Positions 21,617 to 29,061 of a stretch of DNA of 64,000 bases are shown here, in pieces. The notes under the pieces were generated by a model, which was not told the DNA's origin, ran no database searches, and saw only the letters and a list, made by a program, of their open reading frames with translations. The translations under genes and the position numbers were made by a program. Source of the stretch: Planctomycetota bacterium (lineage in GTDB: Bacteria > Planctomycetota > UBA1135 > UBA2386); assembly GCA_965228735.1 (NCBI GenBank), contig OZ245838.1, positions 3,296,001 to 3,360,000 on the forward strand. The letters are read 5' to 3'. The first letter of the stretch is position 1. Each line of letters begins with the position of its first letter.

Positions 21617-22198
21617 ATGACGACGCCCTGGACGACGGGATCCCCGATGGCGTGGCAGGACGTCGACGACGAAACGTTGCTGGATCGGGCTGCCCGCGGC
21701 GAGGACGCCGCCGTCGACGCGTTCGTCGACCGCTTCGGTGACCGCCTCTGCAGTTTCCTCGTTCGTCTCGTGCGCGATCGCGCATGGGCCGACGACCTCG
21801 TGCAGGAGGTGCTCGTGCGCGCGCTCCACGAGGCCCACCGCTACGATCCCGAGTGGCCCGTCGTCGTGTGGCTGTTCGGCATCGCCCGCCACCTCGGCCT
21901 CGACCTGCTGCGTCGTGAAGGGGGCCAGCGGCGGCGCGCGAGCAACCTGACCCGCCCCGAACCCGCACCCGCCGCGGTGACGACCGCCGAGCATCGCGAG
22001 TTCCAGATCGCGCTCGAAGCGGCGCTGCAGCAGCTGCCCGAGGAGTATCGCTCGGTGTTCCTGCTGCGCGACGGCGAGAGTCTGAGCTACGAGGCGATCG
22101 GCGAGGTTCTCGGCATCTCACCCAAGACCGTTTCCAGTCGGCTGCACCGCGCGCGCCGCGCGCTGCGCACCGCCCTGCAGGAGCACCTGCCCAGATGA
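21617..22198 (+). CDS. ECF sigma-70 factor
   Basis: ADDLVQEV, WLFGIAR, LPEEYRSVFLLR..E.LSYEAI..VLGI..KTVSSRLHRAR. Confidence 0.9.
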   Translation: MTTPWTTGSPMAWQDVDDETLLDRAARGEDAAVDAFVDRFGDRLCSFLVRLVRDRAWADDLVQEVLVRALHEAHRYDPEWPVVVWLFGIARHLGLDLLRREGGQRRRASNLTRPEPAPAAVTTAEHREFQIALEAALQQLPEEYRSVFLLRDGESLSYEAIGEVLGISPKTVSSRLHRARRALRTALQEHLPR

Positions 22199-22231
22199 CG
22201 AGTACCGGATGACGAGGACCCGATGACGAGA
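22194..22231 (+). repeat. 3 x 14-bp tandem forming two ATGA-coupled 5-codon mini-ORFs
   Basis: GATGACGAGTACCG GATGACGAGGACCC GATGACGAGA. Confidence 0.85.
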
Positions 22232-23452
22232 ACTGGCGACTCATCGCGCTCCGACCGCGAGTGCGCCCGCGTGCAGCGCCGCGTGACCGCGTTCGTCGAC
22301 GGCCGGCTCGACGCCCGCGAACGCGCCGCGACCCAGCAGCACCTGCGGGGCTGCGCGCGCTGCATGCAGGAGGCCCGCGACCTCACGCGGCTCGCGCGCG
22401 CCACGCACAACCTGCCGCCCCACCGGGCCGAATCCGGCCTCGCCGACCGGGTGCGGCGCGGCCTGGCCGATCGTCGCTCACGCGGCCTCGCCGACCTCGA
22501 CACCCGCGCGAGCGCCCGCCACGGACGTTCGTGGCAGCGCGTCTTCCGGGCCCCGGGCCTGCGCGCCGCAGCGGCGGGCATCGCGATCGCGCTCGTCTGG
22601 GGTGCGGGCTTCGTCGCGGGCCGCAGCGTCGAATGGCTGACCGGCGCGACCGGCGAATCGGCCGGACCGGCGGGGGTCACGACCTCGGGGATCGAGCAAC
22701 GCCGCGTCACCGAAACCGTGCCCGCGATCCTCGTCGACCCGGAGTTCGTCACGACGGGCCGCGAAGTCCTCGCGGATCTCGCGTGGGCCGAGTGTCTGCC
22801 ACCGTCCGCGCGCCGCCCGATGCTCGCGAGTCAGTTCGCGCTGTTCGAACTGCGGGAGCGCGCCGAGGCCGTGCTCGAACGAGCTCCGACGACGGACCCG
22901 ACGCGATCGCTCGCGCAACTCGTCCACGACTTCGGCACGACGCTCGCTGGCCCCGGAGCGATCGACTGGCGGGCCTGGAGCAGCGCCGCGCGCGCAGTGC
23001 AACTCGCGTTGCCGACCCGCTCCCACATCGCGGCGCGTCCCATCGTCGGCCCGCCGGGAATCGAAGCGCGCCCTCGCCGCGCTCTCGAACCGACGATCAC
23101 CCACGCGCTCGCGAACTGCGGCGCCGAACTCTCACAGCACGAGCGCCGCGACCTCGCCGAACTGCTTCGCTTCAAGCAGCAACTGGTCCACGACACGATG
23201 ACGGGCGGCCCGACCGCCGCAGCGTCGCGGACGACGACGTTCTTGAGCCACTGGCAGAGTTCGACGACGAGCGGCGGCGGTCACGACGGAACGCACATCA
23301 CGACCTCGTTCCGCCTCGCGACGGGAGTGCGCGCAGCGCGCACGCTGCACGACGCCGGCCACGGCAACGCCCCCGAGCTCGCGCGGCTGATCGAACGGAT
23401 GGCCCGCGACCTCGGTCTCGACCCGGCGGTCGACCTGCCGCTCGGCCAGTAG
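22223..23452 (+). CDS. Zinc-binding (zf-HC2/ZAS) membrane anti-sigma factor
   Basis: C..V......FVDGRL........HLRGCARC followed by one transmembrane segment; lies downstream of the ECF sigma. Confidence 0.75.
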   Translation: MTRTGDSSRSDRECARVQRRVTAFVDGRLDARERAATQQHLRGCARCMQEARDLTRLARATHNLPPHRAESGLADRVRRGLADRRSRGLADLDTRASARHGRSWQRVFRAPGLRAAAAGIAIALVWGAGFVAGRSVEWLTGATGESAGPAGVTTSGIEQRRVTETVPAILVDPEFVTTGREVLADLAWAECLPPSARRPMLASQFALFELRERAEAVLERAPTTDPTRSLAQLVHDFGTTLAGPGAIDWRAWSSAARAVQLALPTRSHIAARPIVGPPGIEARPRRALEPTITHALANCGAELSQHERRDLAELLRFKQQLVHDTMTGGPTAAASRTTTFLSHWQSSTTSGGGHDGTHITTSFRLATGVRAARTLHDAGHGNAPELARLIERMARDLGLDPAVDLPLGQ

Positions 23453-23471
23453 CGGATCAGCCGGTAGCGGA

Positions 23472-25154
23472 TCAGCGACGTTCGCCGGCGACGAGATCCC
23501 ACCGGTCGCCGGGACTCAGCCAGACGGGTTCGGGCGCGCCGCCGTTGTCCGCGGCGCTCGCCTCGAGGAAACGGCCGCAGAGTCGGCGCCAATCGTAGAT
23601 CGCGATCTTCGACGCGCCGATGACCTCGAGCTCGTGCCCCGCGACGACGGCCGCGGTGCCTTCGTCGACGCCGATCCCGATGAGCTGCGGGTGGGTCTCG
23701 ATGAGGCCGGCGAGGTCACGCATCCGGTTCCGCGCGAGGAAGTGCTGATCCACCGCGCAGCCCGGCAGGAACGCGAAGCCGCGGTCGTAGCCCTCGCACG
23801 CCATGTCGCGATTGCCGAGCGGATTTCCCCGCACGAGGAAATCACCCTGAATCGTCGCGCCGGCGCTGCTGCCACCGATCACCCCGCCGCGCTCGAGCAC
23901 GGCGCGAAAGGCCGGCATCGCGAGGGTATCGGCAAACGCGTCGACGAGCCGCCACTGCCGACCGCCGCCGAACCACACGCCCGTCGCGTCGGCGAGAACA
24001 GTGAGGCGCTCGGGCGTCACTTCGTCGGGGTGCGCACAATCGAGGACCGCGACCTCGGCACCGCGCTTCTCGAACGCACCGCGCAGGTAGAGCCGCCGGT
24101 CACGCGAGCCGCCGCGGCCGCCGCGGGGCGCGGGACTCGCGCTCGGCACGAGCACGATCTTGCCATCAGCGCCGCCGGCGAGCGCGACGAAGCGGTCGAT
24201 CACGGCGGCCGGCAAGCGGCCGCCGCCGGCGAGCATGACGGCACCCGACGGCACGCGCGGCGCTGCCATCGTCGCCGGCGGCCACGCAGCGCCGACGCGC
24301 GCCGCGGCGGCGCGCTGCCAGCTCACGAGGTCCGCGCGTTCACCGGCACTCAACCGCACGATCTTCTCTTCGTGGCCCGCGCCGGCCGGCAACACGAGCG
24401 TCACGTCCGAGGCGCCGAGCACGCGCATCGCGCGCCCCTGCACGACGAGTGCAGTGCCCTCGTCGACGCCGAACCCGAACGCCCCGCGCGTCTGGGCGAG
24501 CGCTCGCCGCAGCCGCGGCAGGCGCTCCCGCGCGCGGAAGTGCTGATCGCCGATCGCGCCAGGGACGAGGTCGAGGCCCTGACCGAGCACCGGCTCGGGG
24601 TTGCCCGACTGGATCATCGTGCGGGTCTGGATCGCCAGGCCAGCCGAGCTGCCGCCGACGACACCGCCGCGGTCGAGCAACGCCATGACCTCGCGTTCGA
24701 AGCGGGTGCCGACGTAGGCCTCGGCGAGCCGGCGCTGCTGCCCGCCACCGAACCAGACCGCGGTCGCGCGGCGGAGCGGAGCGCAGAACTCCTCGTCGTT
24801 CGCGCGCTCGCGATCGCGGGTATGGAGCACGACGAACTCGGCATCGGGCCGACTCTCACGCCACTGGGCGACGAGCCGCGCCTGCGAACTCTCGGAGTCG
24901 GCGCGCGAGCTCGCCGTCGGCACGAGAACCACGACCGCCTCGTCCCCGCCCGCGAGCGCGAAGAACCGCTCGTAGATCGCAGCCGGCAACCGGCCGCCAC
25001 CCGCCAGAATGCGCGCACCCGGCACGCCGGCGGGATCGATCGCGCGAGCCGCACACGTCGGATCGGCGCGCGGCGTGGATGACTGGGCAACGGCAGTCGC
25101 GCTCGCGAACGCAAGACCGAGGCAGGCGACGAGGACGGGCAGGCAACACCTCAC
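23472..25154 (-). CDS. cphB: Secreted tandem double-domain cyanophycinase / peptidase S51
   Basis: Two repeats of LAGGG, VP(T/S)AS, VWFGGGxQ, GGSSAG, DQHF, GVDEGTA; signal peptide. Confidence 0.8.
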   Translation of the reverse strand: MRCCLPVLVACLGLAFASATAVAQSSTPRADPTCAARAIDPAGVPGARILAGGGRLPAAIYERFFALAGGDEAVVVLVPTASSRADSESSQARLVAQWRESRPDAEFVVLHTRDRERANDEEFCAPLRRATAVWFGGGQQRRLAEAYVGTRFEREVMALLDRGGVVGGSSAGLAIQTRTMIQSGNPEPVLGQGLDLVPGAIGDQHFRARERLPRLRRALAQTRGAFGFGVDEGTALVVQGRAMRVLGASDVTLVLPAGAGHEEKIVRLSAGERADLVSWQRAAAARVGAAWPPATMAAPRVPSGAVMLAGGGRLPAAVIDRFVALAGGADGKIVLVPSASPAPRGGRGGSRDRRLYLRGAFEKRGAEVAVLDCAHPDEVTPERLTVLADATGVWFGGGRQWRLVDAFADTLAMPAFRAVLERGGVIGGSSAGATIQGDFLVRGNPLGNRDMACEGYDRGFAFLPGCAVDQHFLARNRMRDLAGLIETHPQLIGIGVDEGTAAVVAGHELEVIGASKIAIYDWRRLCGRFLEASAADNGGAPEPVWLSPGDRWDLVAGERR

Positions 25155-25449
25155 GCGAGCGTTGTAGCACGGGCCCGCCGCCGGATTGTATCAAGGCGGT
25201 GAACCGCGCCTCTTGCGACGACAATCGGGCAAAGCCTTACGGCGGTGTTACGTTTGGGGCGGCAAAGCGGGCCGCGACGAAGGGGTCGGACGAACTGCCG
25301 ATCACGGCGACGATCGGAAGCTGAACTCCGCATCGAACGGAACCGGGAACTCCGATTCGGCCGGCACCGGTGTGCGCAACACGGGGCCCGTGACGCGCCT
25401 GGCCAGGATCGAAGCGGGTCGCAGCTCGGGGACCCTCGCGGGCCCGGGT

Positions 25450-25465
25450 CGGCACGGACCTTGCG
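25450..25465 (+). promoter_or_regulatory. sigma54 -24/-12 promoter
   Basis: CGGCACGGACCTTGCG; the -12 half is duplicated by a 14-bp tandem at 25459-25486. Confidence 0.7.
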
Positions 25466-25516
25466 ACTCCGGCCTTGCGACTCCGGCGCCCAACCTCGTC
25501 GACGACCGCCGCCCCA

Positions 25517-25873
25517 ATGAAGAAGATCGAAGCCTACGTCAAGCCGTTCCGGCTCGCGGAGATCCGCGACAGGCTCGCAGAACGGCGATTCGACGTCCTG
25601 CGGGTCCACCGCGCCGAAGAAGTGCGCCCCGCGGAAACGTACACGGAGACGGTGCAGGGCGTCGCCTACGAGGTCGACTCGACTCCTCGCGCATTGATCG
25701 TGTTGCTCGTCGAAGAGAAGGACCTCGAGGAAGCCATCCGCCTCATCCAGAGCGTGGGCAAGACCGACCACGCCGGGGACGGTCGCATCGTCGTCACTCA
25801 CGTCGACCTCATCGCCGCGATCAACCCGGACGAGAATCCGGACTCCGAGATCCCGGGACGGCATGTCAACTGA
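25517..25873 (+). CDS. Degenerate P-II family protein
   Basis: MKKIEAYVKPF, Tyr at position 51, TDHAGDGRIVV B-loop. Lacks GFGRQKG and the C-terminal RxR. Confidence 0.8.
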   Translation: MKKIEAYVKPFRLAEIRDRLAERRFDVLRVHRAEEVRPAETYTETVQGVAYEVDSTPRALIVLLVEEKDLEEAIRLIQSVGKTDHAGDGRIVVTHVDLIAAINPDENPDSEIPGRHVN

Positions 25874-26402
25874 CGGCCAGTACGTGCTCACCGCCCTCGG
25901 AGCGGCAATGGCCCTGCTGTCGAGCGACGCACGTCCCCAGGGGCAAGGCAACGCCATCGGGACCGTGACCATCGCGGCGCCCGTGTTGGCAGGTCCTGCG
26001 CACGCATCGGCTGACGGCCAGTTCAGCCTGCGCTGGCAGGTCTCGCTCGACGACGTCGAGGATGCGGTCGCAGCCGCAGTCGAGTTCGAACTCGAAGAGC
26101 GCGCCGGCGACGCACGGACGCTGCTCGCCGCCGGCCATCATCTGGCGGCAGCGCTCAGCGGTCGCGACGACGGCGACTACGACTATCGCGTCAGAGCCGT
26201 GCAGACCGGCCACGCGATCAGCCCGTGGAGCGAGCCCGTCACGGTGCAGGTGCGGCATCACCCTCTGGGCTTCGCGCTGCGAATGTTCGCGGTCGGCGCG
26301 GTCGTATTCCTCGCGACTGCCGCGCTCGTGCTCGTCGGGCATCGGCGCGCCCGCCCGAGCGCCCATGCGACCGCCGCCGGCGACGCCGCGACCTCCGCCT
26401 GA
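25863..26402 (+). CDS. Membrane-anchored protein with FN3-like domain
   Basis: FSLRW...EFELEE...LSGRDDGDYDYRVRA.....SPWSEP.TVQV.HH, then a C-terminal transmembrane segment. Confidence 0.65.
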   Translation: MSTDGQYVLTALGAAMALLSSDARPQGQGNAIGTVTIAAPVLAGPAHASADGQFSLRWQVSLDDVEDAVAAAVEFELEERAGDARTLLAAGHHLAAALSGRDDGDYDYRVRAVQTGHAISPWSEPVTVQVRHHPLGFALRMFAVGAVVFLATAALVLVGHRRARPSAHATAAGDAATSA

Positions 26403-26414
26403 CCTCGAAGCGCC

Positions 26415-27833
26415 ATGAACATCCAGTTCCTCGACCCATGGGTCGCCGGTGGGTTGCTTGCTGCCTTCAGCATTCTGTGGGTGTTCCTCGGCTGGTACTG
26501 GGGGCGCAAGAACAGCGACGTCGACGACTTCATGCTGGCTGGCCGCAAGGTCGGGCTCGCGCTCGGCAGCGCGACGGCGATGGCCACGTGGGTGACCAGC
26601 AACACGACTCTCGTCGCGCCCGAGCTCGCGTTCAACTTCGGCATCTGGGGCATGCTCGGCTACTCGCTCGGATGCGTGGGCCTGCTGCTGTTCGCGCCGA
26701 TGGCGTCCCGCATCAGGCACCTCATGCCCCGCGGATACACGAGCGGCGACTTCGTGCGGCTGCGGTATGGCCGGGCGGCGTGGCGGGTCTTCCTGCTGAT
26801 CTCCGTCGCCTACAGCGGCGCCTGGCTCGTCAGCCTCGGTTCCGCCGGCGGCCTGCTGATCCAGGCGCTCAGCGGCATTCCGTTCCTCGTCGGCGCGACG
26901 GTGATCCTGGTGATCTGCGTGCTCTACACGCTGCTCGGCGGCCTGCGGGCCGTGATCGGCACCGACTTCATCCAGACCATCGTGATCATCTCGGGTGTCG
27001 TACTGGTCGGCGTGATGACGCTGCAGCAGGTCGACCTGCAACAGGTTCATGCCCGCCTCAGCGATGTCCGCCCGCGCCTGCTCGACGCGCTCATGCCGGC
27101 GGCGGTGATGTTCCTCTTCAACAACCTGCTCTTCGGCATCGGTGAGATCTTTCACTCGAACGTCTGGTGGAGCCGCGCGTTCGCGTTCGACCGGGGCGTC
27201 GGGTTCAAGGCCTACCTGACCGCCGGTCTGCTCTGGGCGCCGATCCCGATCGCCGCCGGCTTCATCGCGCTCTCGGCGCCGGCCCTCGATCTCGCCGTGC
27301 CGCGCGCCGACATGGTCGGGCCGCTCGTGGCCGCGAACGTGCTCGGGGTGGGCGGCGCCGTTCTGCTGTTCATCGTGGTCTTCTCGGCGATCGCGTCGAG
27401 CCTCGACTCGCTCCTCGCAGCGACGAGCGACCTCGTCGTCGAAGACATCTACCGGCGCCACCTGCGCCCGAACGCGACTCCCACTCAGCTGCGCCGGGCC
27501 GCGTCGACCACCATCGTCGCGCTCGGCGTGCTGACCTGGGTCATCGTCGCGCTCGACATCTCGACCCTGGCCAAGCTGCTCAACTTCGCCGGTGCGCTCG
27601 TCGCGAGCACGATCTGGCCGATCGCGGCCGGCCTCTACTGGCGTCGAACGAACCCGCTGTCAGCGACGCTGGGGATGGCCCTCGGATCGATCGGCGGCCT
27701 GCTCGCCTACTTCCTCATCGACTGGTACGTCGCGGCCCTGGTCGGCGCCGCGATCTCCATGACGATCGTGCTCGCCCTCACGTTCGTGCGGCCGAGTGAC
27801 TTCGACTGGCGTCGACTGGGAGCCGGATCATGA
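26415..27833 (+). CDS. Sodium:solute symporter (SSS family)
   Basis: DDFMLAGRKV, ATWVTSNT, YTLLGGLRAVIGTDFIQ, SAIASSLDSLL; about 13 hydrophobic segments. Confidence 0.9.
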   Translation: MNIQFLDPWVAGGLLAAFSILWVFLGWYWGRKNSDVDDFMLAGRKVGLALGSATAMATWVTSNTTLVAPELAFNFGIWGMLGYSLGCVGLLLFAPMASRIRHLMPRGYTSGDFVRLRYGRAAWRVFLLISVAYSGAWLVSLGSAGGLLIQALSGIPFLVGATVILVICVLYTLLGGLRAVIGTDFIQTIVIISGVVLVGVMTLQQVDLQQVHARLSDVRPRLLDALMPAAVMFLFNNLLFGIGEIFHSNVWWSRAFAFDRGVGFKAYLTAGLLWAPIPIAAGFIALSAPALDLAVPRADMVGPLVAANVLGVGGAVLLFIVVFSAIASSLDSLLAATSDLVVEDIYRRHLRPNATPTQLRRAASTTIVALGVLTWVIVALDISTLAKLLNFAGALVASTIWPIAAGLYWRRTNPLSATLGMALGSIGGLLAYFLIDWYVAALVGAAISMTIVLALTFVRPSDFDWRRLGAGS

Positions 27834-27952
27834 CCGTTCCGCCGTTCGTCCTCGAAGCGTTGGTCTACGCCGCGCTGACCGTGAGCGCGGCCGCGCCGAT
27901 CGTGCTCCTCGCCCTGCTGTTTCGAGACTGGAAGAGAGGCAACCTGTGGTAG
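27830..27952 (+). CDS. 40-aa single-transmembrane small protein (not in ORF track)
   Basis: MTVPPFVLEALVYAALTVSAAAPIVLLALLFRDWKRGNLW*. ATGA overlap with the symporter stop, and overlaps the next GTG start. Confidence 0.75.
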   Translation: MTVPPFVLEALVYAALTVSAAAPIVLLALLFRDWKRGNLW

Positions 27953-29034
27953 CCACACCGACCCTGCATCCTCGCCTGCAAGGCCCGATCGACGTGCGCA
28001 GCCCGCACGTCGGACTCGAGCACCCGCGCCGACTGCTCGCGACGGTTCCCGAGAACCCGAGCGCCCTGCTCGCGCTCGCGACCCGTCACATCGTCTCGGC
28101 CCTGCAGTTCGACCGTGAACTCGTGACCCAGCTCTGCCGGCTCGCGGCGAGCATCGAGATGCAGCCGAAGCTGCTCCACCTGCCGCTCACGGGCAAGATC
28201 CTGATCACCGCGTTCCTCGAGCCGAGCACGCGGACGCGGCTGTCGTTCGAGAGTGCGTGGCACCGACTCGGCGGCGACATCCTGTCCATCACCGAGGCGG
28301 CAACGACGGGGATCGCGAAGGGCGAGAGCCTCCGCGACATCGCCGAGATGTTCAGCAACTACGGCGACGCGGTCGTGCTCCGTGACAACAACGAGCACTC
28401 GGTCTACGAGATGCTCGACACGCTGCGGGTTCCGATCATCAACGCCGGCAACGGCATCGACGAGCACCCGACGCAGGCACTGTCCGACATCTACGCGATC
28501 GTGAAGTGGCGCCCGCAGCTCCTGACGGACGAGCCGGGCGACCGACTGCGGATCGGCATCATCGGCAACCCGGCGAAGATGCGGACGGTTCGCAGTTTGC
28601 TGCTCCTGCTGAGCCTCTTCCCGCACGCGATCGACGAAGTCGTGGTCGTCAGCGGCGCCGGCACGGCGGATCCGTTCGATCCCGGCCAGCGCGAACTGCT
28701 CGAGGAACGCGGTCTCCGCCTCAGGGTCGAACGACAGCTCCAACACGTTCTGCAGACCCTCGATGTCGTCTACATCAACTCGATCGCGTGGATCGGCGAC
28801 ACGTTCGAGCGCCTGACGGGCGATCTCCGGCTGACCGCCGGTTCGGCCGTCAAGGACGGCGCGATCATCCTCCATCCGCTCGCCCGCGGCGCGGAGCTCG
28901 ACGTCAGCCTCGATGACACCGAGCACAACTGGTACTTCAGCCAGGCCCGCGGCGCGACCTTCCTCCGCATGGCGCTGCTCACCTGCATGGTCGAGCGCGT
29001 GCATCGCGTCGCCGACGTCGAACCCCCGGCGTAG
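27946..29034 (+). CDS. Aspartate carbamoyltransferase-like enzyme with non-canonical acceptor site
   Basis: FLEPSTRTRLSFE, KGESL, NAGNG..EHPTQAL, RTVRSL, HPLAR. The YMTRxQxER motif is replaced by YINSIAW. Confidence 0.85.
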   Translation: MVATPTLHPRLQGPIDVRSPHVGLEHPRRLLATVPENPSALLALATRHIVSALQFDRELVTQLCRLAASIEMQPKLLHLPLTGKILITAFLEPSTRTRLSFESAWHRLGGDILSITEAATTGIAKGESLRDIAEMFSNYGDAVVLRDNNEHSVYEMLDTLRVPIINAGNGIDEHPTQALSDIYAIVKWRPQLLTDEPGDRLRIGIIGNPAKMRTVRSLLLLLSLFPHAIDEVVVVSGAGTADPFDPGQRELLEERGLRLRVERQLQHVLQTLDVVYINSIAWIGDTFERLTGDLRLTAGSAVKDGAIILHPLARGAELDVSLDDTEHNWYFSQARGATFLRMALLTCMVERVHRVADVEPPA

Positions 29035-29061
29035 CGATCAGCCCAGGACACGACCGAACTC

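Noticed and set aside
27946..29034. Calling this gene housekeeping pyrB
   Set aside because: The aspartate-specific R229/Q231 motif is absent and there is no pyrC/pyrR/pyrI context.
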